DNA of 64,000 nt from a virus, in the IMG/VR virus record IMGVR_UViG_3300000233_000007, positions 1-64,000 of that record, one strand, 5' to 3'. A program made the position numbers and the translations under genes. The notes under the pieces were generated by a model that ran no database searches, was not told the origin of the DNA, and saw only the letters and a program-made list of their open reading frames with translations. Positions 37,716 through 47,988 of the stretch are shown one piece after another (the stretch's first letter is position 1; each line of letters begins with the position of its first letter).

Positions 37716-38416
37716 AAATAGTAGAAATTATACAAAGAATAAAATCACTTTATAATAAAGGTGTTCAATCAGATGATAGTACATTGTCTGATAGACATAT
37801 TTATAATAAAATGATTACTGTTAGAAGTAAACTTATTTCACAAGAAGCTAAAAAAAGACAAAAAATTAATCAATGGAGTTACCAAACATTAAATTGTATT
37901 GAACTTATTAAAGCTCAAGCACATGAATGTCCTTGTTTACCACCAATAGGTTGTGAGATATTGAGAAGTAAATATCCTATACCTAAACCATTAACAGATT
38001 TGAATACACATTTAATTCAGTCTGTTACTACTTTAGATGGTAGTATTATATTTTCTGAAATAAGTTGGAGTGAAAAGAAGTATAAATCTTCAAATAAATA
38101 TACAGCTAATAAACCAGATTATTATATGAGAAATAATTATTTATATATTACTCATAAAAGTGGTTTAAAAGTTATTACATTAACTGGATTATTTGATGAC
38201 CCATTAGAAGCAGAAAAGTTTCCATCTTATTGTAATGAAGATTGTCAAGATTGTTTTGATTGTGAAAGTATGTTAGAAAAAGAATTTCCTATTGATAATG
38301 ATATGATTGATACATTAATTGATATGAGTAAAATTGAATTAATAGAACAATTTTCACAAATGACAGGAGATTTAACAAATAACTCTTCTGATAATATACC
38401 AGAAAATAGTAAATAA
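37712..38416 (+). CDS. Cys-rich hypothetical protein
   Basis: CPCLPPIGCE and CNEDCQDCFDCE clusters. Confidence 0.5.
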   Translation: MKIVEIIQRIKSLYNKGVQSDDSTLSDRHIYNKMITVRSKLISQEAKKRQKINQWSYQTLNCIELIKAQAHECPCLPPIGCEILRSKYPIPKPLTDLNTHLIQSVTTLDGSIIFSEISWSEKKYKSSNKYTANKPDYYMRNNYLYITHKSGLKVITLTGLFDDPLEAEKFPSYCNEDCQDCFDCESMLEKEFPIDNDMIDTLIDMSKIELIEQFSQMTGDLTNNSSDNIPENSK

Positions 38417-38417
38417 T

Positions 38418-38882
38418 ATGCCTTGTAAAAATGTAAGAGATAGTTATAAATTATATAAACAATCAACTCAAAATCCTGTTGATTTAAAACAATATATAGC
38501 TTATGCAAATGATTATAATAAATATTTAATTAGTAAAGTATTAGATGGTGAAGAAATAACATTACCATCAAGACTTGGTACATTATCTATAATAGGTAAA
38601 AAACAAAAAGTATCATTTGATGAAGATGGTAAAATAAAAGGTTTAGCTCCTGATTGGGTTAAAACAAAACAATTATGGGATAGTAATCCTCAAGCAAAAG
38701 AAAAAAAACAATTACTATATCATACTAATAGTCATACTGATAATACAAGATATAAGTTTTTCTGGTCCAAACAAAGAATTTTAATTCAGAACAAAATTTT
38801 ATATTCACTTAAAATAACAAGAGATAATAAAAGAGCTGTTCACAACCTTATTTTAAAAGGTAAACAATATATAACTAAATAA
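38418..38882 (+). CDS. Hypothetical basic protein
   Basis: 154-aa ORF. Confidence 0.45.
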   Translation: MPCKNVRDSYKLYKQSTQNPVDLKQYIAYANDYNKYLISKVLDGEEITLPSRLGTLSIIGKKQKVSFDEDGKIKGLAPDWVKTKQLWDSNPQAKEKKQLLYHTNSHTDNTRYKFFWSKQRILIQNKILYSLKITRDNKRAVHNLILKGKQYITK

Positions 38883-38884
38883 TT

Positions 38885-39151
38885 ATGGAAGCATTAACAA
38901 GAGCTACATTTAAACAAAAGGAAGTTGATAACATTCCTAAAGGTGCAAAGATACTATCTAAAGATGTATCAGTAACAGTAGAAGAAATTGAAAATGGATT
39001 TTTAGTTTCTAAATCTACTGAAGTTAAATATGAATATGAAAAAAGAACTGATTATTCATATAATACAAAAAAATATTTTGCAAAGGATAATCCTTTAGAG
39101 TTAGATATGGAAAAGATTTCAGATAAATCATTAGCAGATAATTTTAATTAA
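38885..39151 (+). CDS. Small hypothetical protein
   Basis: 88-aa ORF. Confidence 0.4.
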   Translation: MEALTRATFKQKEVDNIPKGAKILSKDVSVTVEEIENGFLVSKSTEVKYEYEKRTDYSYNTKKYFAKDNPLELDMEKISDKSLADNFN

Positions 39152-39152
39152 T

Positions 39153-40124
39153 ATGTCAGAATTACAATATACAACAATTGACAGAATTCTTTCTAAATTT
39201 CATAGAGATTTAAGAGGAACATATATAAATGAATCTGATGTTGTTGAATGGATTGGTGAAGCATTAGAATTTCTAAAAGTTCAACAAATCCAAGACCAAG
39301 CTATTGCTTTTATTGAAGTTAATAATCATCATGCTGAAATACCAGAAGGATTTCAAATGGTATTACAAATTGCAAGAAATAATAAATGGGTAAAAGAAGA
39401 AAAAGATAAATGTACTCCTTGTAATACAATAATTAATATTCAACAACCTCAAGAAGATTGTGAAGAATGTAATAGTTGTAATGATGTATTAGTAACTGAT
39501 TGTAATGGATTTATAATAGAAGATAATGAAATTGTAGATTATAAACCACAATTTGATTTAAAATTTGAATATCAATATTGGAAAAATAGTGATTATTATA
39601 AAAGAAATTATTCACCAGTTAGATTAAGTAATCATTCTTTATTCAATTCTATTGTTTGTAAAGAAAAAATAGATGAATGTTTAGGATGTACAGATGAATA
39701 TACAATAGTTGGTACAACAGAAAAAAGATTAAGATTTTCATTTCAAGATGGTCAAATAGCAATGGCATATTTAAAAAATGCTATTGATGAAACAACAGGT
39801 TATCCTTTAGTTCCAGATGAAGTATCATACATAACTGCAATTACTTATTACATACAATGGAAAATTGCACAAATGTTTGATTGGAGTGGTAGAGAAGGAT
39901 TTGCAAGAATATCTCAAGATAAAGAAAAACTTTGGTTGAAGTATGCAAGACAAGCTAAAAATAAAGCTAAAATGCCAAAATCAATTGATGATTTTCAAGA
40001 TTTATTAGAACAAACACATTACTTAATACCAAATCATAAAAAATATTATGGTTATTTTGGTAATTTAGGTAAATCACAACAATTAAGATTTAACTTAAAT
40101 ATAGAAGCAAATTATGGAAATTAA
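39153..40124 (+). CDS. Cys-rich structural protein
   Basis: CTPCNTII...DCEECNSCND cluster. 323 aa. Confidence 0.5.
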   Translation: MSELQYTTIDRILSKFHRDLRGTYINESDVVEWIGEALEFLKVQQIQDQAIAFIEVNNHHAEIPEGFQMVLQIARNNKWVKEEKDKCTPCNTIINIQQPQEDCEECNSCNDVLVTDCNGFIIEDNEIVDYKPQFDLKFEYQYWKNSDYYKRNYSPVRLSNHSLFNSIVCKEKIDECLGCTDEYTIVGTTEKRLRFSFQDGQIAMAYLKNAIDETTGYPLVPDEVSYITAITYYIQWKIAQMFDWSGREGFARISQDKEKLWLKYARQAKNKAKMPKSIDDFQDLLEQTHYLIPNHKKYYGYFGNLGKSQQLRFNLNIEANYGN

Positions 40125-43100
40125 CAATAATAATATTTCTGAATTAAATACAGGTTTACATACAGATAATTCACCACAAAATCAACCTAAAGGTACTTAT
40201 AGATTTGGTTTAAATACTGTGAATGAAACTGATAGAGGAGATGAATTTTTTAGAAGTAATGAAGAAAGTAATGAAAGATGTTATTCATTAACTCCTGGTT
40301 TTGTACCTATTGGTAAATGTTATATTGGTGGCAATGAAACTATTTTATTTTCAGTATCACAAGATAATATTATTTCAGAAATAGGTATATTAAAAAACAA
40401 TTGTAATTATGAAGTGCATGTTAATGACTTATCTTCTGCACCAGAACATAAATTAGGATTTACTATTGAACATCAAATTCAAGCTACTTATAGATTAAGA
40501 AGAGGTTGTGAAAGAACAATTTATTGGACTGATGATAATAGAAAACCAAGATATTATAATTTTGATAAACCAGCAGATTTTAAAAATGATGATGGTACAT
40601 GGGCAGGTAAAAAGTTTAATTTATTCAAAGAATACAATGAAATACCTGAATTTAAAACTGTTGAAGTATTAGATTCTGGTGGTGTACTTGAACCAGGAAG
40701 TTATAATATTGCTATTCAGTATTTAGATGAAGGTTTAAATCCTTCTGAATGGATTATAACTTCTCCTACTATTAATATTTATAATGACTTATCAACAGAA
40801 GATTTTCTTGATATTCAAGGTAGTATAAATTCTGATACAGATTATATTGATTTTCCTGTAACAACTAAATCTATTAAAGTAGAATTTGATAATTTAGATG
40901 AAAGTTATGCTTTTTATAGACTTGCCTTTATGGAAGCTACTAATGGAACTGGTAATATTAGTGATGTAAAATATACTGATACTATACCAACTTCTAAAGA
41001 TTTCTTTATATATACAGGTGAAAATGCAGCAACTACTGGTACACAAGAAGAAATATTATTTTTTAATGAAGTAATATATAAAGCTAATTCAATTGAACAA
41101 ATTGAAAATAGATTAATATTAGTTAATACAGAAGGTAAACAAACTAACTTTTGTAAACTTCAAAAATATGCAAGTAGAATAAAAGCTGATGTTGTTACAA
41201 AAAAAGTATTAACTAATCAATTAGATGACCCAAGAAATACTAAAAATCCTACTGTACATTTTGGAGATATGACCACAGGTGGTACAGGTTATATGCCAGG
41301 TGAAATATATTCATTTGGTATTGTTTATGTATTTGAAGATGGTTCATTAAGTCCAGTATTTCATATACCAGGAAAGAATCCTAATGTAGATGCTTCTATG
41401 GTATTTTCTCCAGGTGATAATACTTATCCTATGGATAATAATAATGAAAGTGTTAATAACAGATATATTGATAATGATAATTGTAATAATAATGATTATT
41501 GGGGATTAGATTCAGAAGGTGTACCTCTTCAAGGTAAACCAGTTAGACATCATAGATTTCCATATAGAAGTAAATTAGGATTACCATTAGCAAAAGAAGA
41601 AACTGCTTTAGGTACAGGAGAACAAACTTTTCCATATTACAGAATACAATTGACAGGTACAGGTACTATAACATTACCAGTAACATGTAGTCAAGATGAA
41701 ATAGATGCAGGTACTTGTACACCAGTATTAGCACCACCATTTCAAGTAAGAGTTACTTATACTGTTGATGGTGTTCAAGAAACTATGGTTGTAAATATTG
41801 ACCCAAGTGTATTATCAAATCCAGTTAATATTTTAGAATTTTCTAATTTATATACTTCAAATAATATAGTTATTATTAAAATTGAAGAAGCAGATGAAAA
41901 TGGAGTAGTTACAGATGTAACTTCAAGTGTTTCACCTAAAGGTATTACTTATGTAGCTTTACCTGTTAATTCAACAATAACTACTGAAGGTAGAGTATAT
42001 TCAACTGAAATATTAGGTATTAAATTTAGTGGTGTAGATTTACCTTCATTAAATGATACTGATGGAGAAAAAATAGTTGGTTACTATATAGTTAGAAATG
42101 AAAGAGTTGAAAATGAAAAAACAATTTTAGATAGTGCTGTATTAGTACCAACATTAAGTAATAATAAATATATAGCTCATGGTTTATTAGCACCTCAAGT
42201 TGCTGATACAAATAGATTAAGTAAAACATTATTTGGTGTTATACATCCTGAACATAAATTTAATGGAAGAGAATATAACAATTTTGATTATATAAAACAA
42301 GAAGGTAACTTTAATGTTGATAAAAGAAATTTAAGTAAAACTATGTATAATGATGTACTTGATGGTTCATCTTATGATGGTGATGCACATAAAGGTGGTA
42401 ATGATGATGGTCATGGAGCTGATGGTCAACCAAGTACAAGAAGTTATGATGGTTGGTCATTAACATTGATTATTAGAGATAATTACTTATCATATAAAAT
42501 TAAAACATTATTTAATATTGTTAAAGCAAATGTAAAAGAAGTATTTTATTTAAAAGCATTGCAAAGTAGAGATATTAATGATGGTGCAAATGCAGCTTAT
42601 AATATTACTGGAGATAATAGAATAGGAATGATTCAATTTAAAAATGATGAAGTAAATCCTGTTATAAACAATTTACCTTATGTATTATTAGGAAGAAATA
42701 TTCTTGATTCATATTCTAATTTTAGAACATTACCTTATTATAAGGATAGTTTAAATTTAGAAAAATTTGATGCAAATGGAGTTGGTGTATCTACTATATT
42801 TAATGGAGATACTTATGTATGTCCTATGAGATATACTAATAGTTTATTTTGGGATAATAGAGTAGCTGAAAGAGCTGGTAGAACTTCTGTATGGAATTAC
42901 ATTATTGGTGGTATATTAATTGTTGTAGGTGCTATTTTAACTTTCTTTACAGCAGGTGCATCTACATTAATTATTGGAGCAGGTATTGCTATTATTGGTG
43001 GTGGTGCTTTATTTATAGCTTCTGGTATTGAAAGAGATGCTTTAGTAAGAGCATATAATGAAGAATATAGAAGAGGATTAAGAGAAACAGCTTTAGATGA

Positions 43101-46035
43101 TTGGGTTGATTCTTTTTATAGATATAGAAATAATATACCTTTTGGTTATTCAGGTAATGGTGATTATGGTGGTTCAGGTCCTTCTGATGATGAGATTCAA
43201 TGGATAGGAGATACATTAACAGATTTATGGTTTGAATCAACTATTAATATTTCATTAAGAAATAAAATGGTATCTGATGCACCTACATTTCTTGATGCTC
43301 CTGGTATTTTAGAATCTGGAAATAATTCTCCAATTAATACTTGGAAATTTTTTGGTAAATATTATACAAATAGTAATCCATCAAGATACCCTGTTTCTAA
43401 ATTAGACTATCACATGAATAAAAAACTATTAGTTTATAATTCAAAAAGAAATGATAGTAGAGAATATATTGGTGCAGCATTAGGAGAATATTATCAAGTT
43501 AATCCTGATTATCAAAGAAAAAATAAAGAAAAGATATTTTATCATTTACCTTTAGAATATGATTGTTGTTCAGAATGTCAGGAAGATTTTCCACACAGAT
43601 GGCATTGGTCAGAGCAATCATTCCAAGAAGAATTAACAGATAATTATAGAGTATTCTTACCTAATAATTATAAAGATTTAGAAGGAGAAACTGGAGAAAT
43701 AACTAATGTATTTAAAATTGGTAATAATCTATTTATGCACACTAAAGAAGCATTATGGCAAATACCAAGAAACTATCAAGAAAGAGTAACAGACCAAATT
43801 ATATCTTTTATTGGTACAGGAAATTATGGTGAAATACCAGCTCAAAAAGTATTAGATGATGATACTGGAAGTTCAGCAGGTTCTCAACATAAATGGGGAT
43901 TAATTAAAACTCCAAATGGTGTATTTTTTCCAAGTGAAAATCAAAGAAAGATATATCAATTTGAAGGTGGTCAATTAAAACCTATTAGTAGTTTGGGTGT
44001 AGGTAATTGGTTTCAAAATAATATGGAATTATTATTAAATAAACAATATTATAATTCAATAGGTAAAAAATATAGTTATAATGATAATCCATCTAATCCA
44101 TTTGGTACAGGATTTATTTCTACTTATGATACTAAAAAAGAAAGAATAATATTTACTAAAAAAGATTTTTTACTTGATGCTGGATTAATTGATAATCCTG
44201 ATTTTGAGTTATGTGTTAATAATGGACAAATGACTTATTTTCCTAACTTTAATCAAATTATTCAGACTGAACAAGCAAGTGGTTGGAGTTATGAAGGATT
44301 GATAGACTGTAAAATGAAGTTTAGTAAAAGTGTAACTAAAACTAGACAAGAACCTAGAGAAGTAACAGTTAATCTACCAAATAATTCTGATATAATTGTA
44401 CAGTTTGATAGTTCAGGTAGTTTTAGTGGAACAGGTGTAGCAAATGTAAAGGCTACTGTATTAGCTTGGTTTTTACAATTCAAATTAAACAATCCTAGTT
44501 TTCAAGGAAGATTACTATATGTATTGGCTAATCAAGGATGTAATGGACAATCTTGGTTAAGAATATTAAATTGGTTACAAAATACTCATAATGTATTTTT
44601 AGTTGATGATGCAGGAGTACAAACACCAATAACTAATTTTAATAATATAAGTAAAAACATAGTAATAGTATCTACTGTTAATGAAGCTGCTATTAATAAT
44701 TGTGGTGGATGTGGAACTTGTGGAGAATACCATCAATCAGGAATTTCTAATCCTACACCAGGACCTTCTCAAGAATATATAAATGATTTTAATGATTATT
44801 TTAATAGATATGATAATTTAAAATCATTAGGATATAATATATTTGGTTTGCAATATCCTATTGTATATAGTCATAGTTCTCAAGGACCTACTAAAGGTAT
44901 GTTACAACATAGTATATCAGCTATTGTTGGAGAAACTTTAGGAGCAACAGAGATAGCAACATTAATGGCTTCTCCTAATGTGTTTGTTCCTATTGTAGAA
45001 TACTCTGTTTTATTAGATGCTTTAGATGGACCTAATCCATATCCAAAATCTACACCAACAGTTGCTAATCCTACTCCAAGAAGTTTAAGAGATATAGGAT
45101 GGCAATATAAACATACAAGAGGTTGGAATGGTAATGGAGATATAATTCCAGTAAGTCAGTTTACACAAGATATTGAATTGTTTCTTGGTAATTTAACTTC
45201 TGTTGAAACTGTTATGGTGGATATACCATATTTAGATATAGAGTATAAATACATTGATGGAGAAGTATTAGATAATCCTGTACAAGCTAATAATTCTTGG
45301 ACTATGAGTTATTCATTAAAACAAAATAGTTGGATTTCATGGCATTCTTATTTACCTAATTTTTATATTAATGTTCCAGAGAAATTTTATTCTTGGATTT
45401 ATGGAAATAACAATATATGGAAACATAATAAAGAAGGACATTATCAAACATTTTATGATAAATTAAATCCATTTATTTTAGAATATGTATCTTTATCAAA
45501 TCCATTAACTACAAGATTATGGGAATATTTATTGTTATTAGTTGAAGTTAAAAAATATAATAATTCATTTAAAGAATTTACTGATATTAATGATACATTT
45601 TTTAATAAATTAATAGCATATAACTCAAGACAATGTTCTGGTTTAATGAATATTAAAGTTAAAGATGCTGACCAAGAATCAGAAGATTATTTATATGAAC
45701 AAATAAATAATTTAGATAATGATGAAATTATTGTTGATAGAAATGAAAGAAATTGGACTTTAAATAATTTAAGAGATATTAGAGTTAATTATAATGAACC
45801 AATATTTATATCAGACTTGGCTTCATTACAAACTGAATATTTTATAGATAAAGTTCTTAATAATAATTCAATTGATTATGAAAAGGATTGGTCAGAGTTA
45901 GAAAGTTTTAGAGATAAATATTTGGTGGTTAAATTAATATTTGATAATTTTGCACAGGAAAGAAAACATGAAGAAGGAACTATCAAAATGATAATGAATT
46001 TTTCAGGAGAAAATGAAAGTCAATCTTTTAGATAA
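40114..46035 (+). CDS. Giant tail or ejection protein (1973 aa) with an internal transmembrane-hairpin cluster
   Basis: Uninterrupted 5.9-kb ORF. WNYIIGGILIVVGAILTFFTAGASTLIIGAGIAIIGGGALFIASGI (about nt 42886..43030) is two or three TM helices inside an otherwise soluble protein. Confidence 0.7.
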   Translation: MEINNNNISELNTGLHTDNSPQNQPKGTYRFGLNTVNETDRGDEFFRSNEESNERCYSLTPGFVPIGKCYIGGNETILFSVSQDNIISEIGILKNNCNYEVHVNDLSSAPEHKLGFTIEHQIQATYRLRRGCERTIYWTDDNRKPRYYNFDKPADFKNDDGTWAGKKFNLFKEYNEIPEFKTVEVLDSGGVLEPGSYNIAIQYLDEGLNPSEWIITSPTINIYNDLSTEDFLDIQGSINSDTDYIDFPVTTKSIKVEFDNLDESYAFYRLAFMEATNGTGNISDVKYTDTIPTSKDFFIYTGENAATTGTQEEILFFNEVIYKANSIEQIENRLILVNTEGKQTNFCKLQKYASRIKADVVTKKVLTNQLDDPRNTKNPTVHFGDMTTGGTGYMPGEIYSFGIVYVFEDGSLSPVFHIPGKNPNVDASMVFSPGDNTYPMDNNNESVNNRYIDNDNCNNNDYWGLDSEGVPLQGKPVRHHRFPYRSKLGLPLAKEETALGTGEQTFPYYRIQLTGTGTITLPVTCSQDEIDAGTCTPVLAPPFQVRVTYTVDGVQETMVVNIDPSVLSNPVNILEFSNLYTSNNIVIIKIEEADENGVVTDVTSSVSPKGITYVALPVNSTITTEGRVYSTEILGIKFSGVDLPSLNDTDGEKIVGYYIVRNERVENEKTILDSAVLVPTLSNNKYIAHGLLAPQVADTNRLSKTLFGVIHPEHKFNGREYNNFDYIKQEGNFNVDKRNLSKTMYNDVLDGSSYDGDAHKGGNDDGHGADGQPSTRSYDGWSLTLIIRDNYLSYKIKTLFNIVKANVKEVFYLKALQSRDINDGANAAYNITGDNRIGMIQFKNDEVNPVINNLPYVLLGRNILDSYSNFRTLPYYKDSLNLEKFDANGVGVSTIFNGDTYVCPMRYTNSLFWDNRVAERAGRTSVWNYIIGGILIVVGAILTFFTAGASTLIIGAGIAIIGGGALFIASGIERDALVRAYNEEYRRGLRETALDDWVDSFYRYRNNIPFGYSGNGDYGGSGPSDDEIQWIGDTLTDLWFESTINISLRNKMVSDAPTFLDAPGILESGNNSPINTWKFFGKYYTNSNPSRYPVSKLDYHMNKKLLVYNSKRNDSREYIGAALGEYYQVNPDYQRKNKEKIFYHLPLEYDCCSECQEDFPHRWHWSEQSFQEELTDNYRVFLPNNYKDLEGETGEITNVFKIGNNLFMHTKEALWQIPRNYQERVTDQIISFIGTGNYGEIPAQKVLDDDTGSSAGSQHKWGLIKTPNGVFFPSENQRKIYQFEGGQLKPISSLGVGNWFQNNMELLLNKQYYNSIGKKYSYNDNPSNPFGTGFISTYDTKKERIIFTKKDFLLDAGLIDNPDFELCVNNGQMTYFPNFNQIIQTEQASGWSYEGLIDCKMKFSKSVTKTRQEPREVTVNLPNNSDIIVQFDSSGSFSGTGVANVKATVLAWFLQFKLNNPSFQGRLLYVLANQGCNGQSWLRILNWLQNTHNVFLVDDAGVQTPITNFNNISKNIVIVSTVNEAAINNCGGCGTCGEYHQSGISNPTPGPSQEYINDFNDYFNRYDNLKSLGYNIFGLQYPIVYSHSSQGPTKGMLQHSISAIVGETLGATEIATLMASPNVFVPIVEYSVLLDALDGPNPYPKSTPTVANPTPRSLRDIGWQYKHTRGWNGNGDIIPVSQFTQDIELFLGNLTSVETVMVDIPYLDIEYKYIDGEVLDNPVQANNSWTMSYSLKQNSWISWHSYLPNFYINVPEKFYSWIYGNNNIWKHNKEGHYQTFYDKLNPFILEYVSLSNPLTTRLWEYLLLLVEVKKYNNSFKEFTDINDTFFNKLIAYNSRQCSGLMNIKVKDADQESEDYLYEQINNLDNDEIIVDRNERNWTLNNLRDIRVNYNEPIFISDLASLQTEYFIDKVLNNNSIDYEKDWSELESFRDKYLVVKLIFDNFAQERKHEEGTIKMIMNFSGENESQSFR

Positions 46036-46062
46036 TATCAATCTGAAATAATTAATATTAAA

Positions 46063-47985
46063 ATGAAAAAAAATAAAGTTAAAAATAAAGTGCCAAAGTT
46101 TGAATTTGGCACTTTAATAGAAAATCCTGCTACTGATTTATATGAAAATCAATTAGCTATGGTTAGAGCTTCACAGAAAGCTGGTAATAATGGTTGGGTA
46201 AAAGGATTAAAAATATTTGGTAATCTTGCACAACAAGTTGGTACATCTATGATGAACAAAGGTGTAGCTAATGGTGAAGGAGCTGATGGAAAAGGTGTTG
46301 CAGGATTCTTAAATAAGAATAATGGTGATATACAATCTGGTATGGGAATGATGGGAGCATTTTCTCAATTTTTAGCTATGGGTGGATTAGTACCAGGAGT
46401 TCCAGTAGAAGTAGAGGGAGAAGAAGTTGGAGAAACTCCACAAGGAGATGTAGTTCAATTTAAAGGACCTTCACATGAACAAGGTGGAATTGATGTTGCA
46501 TTACCAGAAGGAACTGAAATGTTTTCTAAAAGAATTAAAGTTGATGGTGTTTCTATGGCAGATAGAAAAAAGAAGAGAGAGAAAAGAACTATGACTTTAG
46601 AACAACTTTTAGAAAAAAATCCAAGTGATAGTTTTACTAAAAATTCTTTAAAAAGAACTTCAGAAGTAAATGATAAAGAAGACAAGTTTGATAGTAATAT
46701 ACAAGAACTTGTAAAAAATACTTTAGACCAGAAAACTAAAGAGGATAATCATTTAGTAGATATAAATGAAAAGCAAAAATTTCAAGGTGGTGGAACTGTC
46801 ATAGGAGATGGAAAAGGAATAATGGAAGCAAATGGTAATCCAATATTAGGTATGATATTTAATATGATAAATAATGGTGGTATGCTAACTGATAATGCTT
46901 ATGGTGGTTATGGAGATGGAACAAGACCACCTTTAGCAACTCCTGGTATTGTTGCAGATGGCACTAAACCAAAATATAGTATTACTGGAAAGAAGTTATA
47001 TTCTAATTTGAAATATGATGATGTATATGATGAAGTGGATAGAGTTGCAGGTCATTTAGGGTTAAATGTAAATTTTGATGACCCAAATAGTGTTAAAGAA
47101 TACCAAAAAGCAATAGGTATTAAATCTGCTGATGGTAAGTTTGGAAAAGATACTTTTAACATTACAAAGAAGTACTTAACACCAATAGGAGAAGGATTAA
47201 AACCAGCAGGTATAATAATGCCAGAATTAAAAGCACCAGAATTAGATTTAAGCAAGTTACCTTCTCTACTTAATGTGGGTATATCAAATGAGGAAACTTC
47301 AAGTCAAGAAAAAACTGGCAAAGGCACATTTAACCCAAAAGATATATTAGGTAGTTTAACTACTGGAGATGCTTTAGGATTAATAGGAAACTATATATCT
47401 ACTTTTGGTCCTGGTAAAAATACAAAAGCAAATAGAGCTGGAGATACTCCTAATATAGATGCTTTTAAAAATTATGGTAAAAAAGGTTTAGAAACTTTAG
47501 ATAAAACTAAACAATATGTAAATCAAGTAAGAGATGAAAAAAATAAAGATTTAGAATTATCAAGAACAGGTTCTATAAAAAGAAATAGTAATTCTGCAAG
47601 AAGTATTAATACTGTAAGAGCTTTAAATTTAGCAACTGATGCAAGTGTTAATAATACTAAAGAAGAAACTTATAATACTTTTGCAGAACAAATGATGTCA
47701 ATTCTTGGTCAAGAATCTCAAATGGAAAATCAAATTGATAGTGTTGTAATGCAAGGAGAACAAAATAGAGATTTAGCTGATAGACAAGATAGAGATAATT
47801 ATTTTACTCAACTTGCTCAAGATATTTCTACTAAAGGTTTTGGTTTACAAGAAACAGGTAAAGATATTAATCAAATAAAAGAAAGACAAGTTATTCAAAA
47901 TTTATTAAATCAATTATCTAATTATGGAATTACTATTGATTCTAATGGTAATTTATCTTCAAAATCAACAACTAAAAAGAAATAA
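46063..47985 (+). CDS. Virion hypothetical protein (640 aa, Gly-rich N-terminus)
   Basis: ORF in the tail and cargo gene block. Confidence 0.55.
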   Translation: MKKNKVKNKVPKFEFGTLIENPATDLYENQLAMVRASQKAGNNGWVKGLKIFGNLAQQVGTSMMNKGVANGEGADGKGVAGFLNKNNGDIQSGMGMMGAFSQFLAMGGLVPGVPVEVEGEEVGETPQGDVVQFKGPSHEQGGIDVALPEGTEMFSKRIKVDGVSMADRKKKREKRTMTLEQLLEKNPSDSFTKNSLKRTSEVNDKEDKFDSNIQELVKNTLDQKTKEDNHLVDINEKQKFQGGGTVIGDGKGIMEANGNPILGMIFNMINNGGMLTDNAYGGYGDGTRPPLATPGIVADGTKPKYSITGKKLYSNLKYDDVYDEVDRVAGHLGLNVNFDDPNSVKEYQKAIGIKSADGKFGKDTFNITKKYLTPIGEGLKPAGIIMPELKAPELDLSKLPSLLNVGISNEETSSQEKTGKGTFNPKDILGSLTTGDALGLIGNYISTFGPGKNTKANRAGDTPNIDAFKNYGKKGLETLDKTKQYVNQVRDEKNKDLELSRTGSIKRNSNSARSINTVRALNLATDASVNNTKEETYNTFAEQMMSILGQESQMENQIDSVVMQGEQNRDLADRQDRDNYFTQLAQDISTKGFGLQETGKDINQIKERQVIQNLLNQLSNYGITIDSNGNLSSKSTTKKK

Positions 47986-47988
47986 GAA

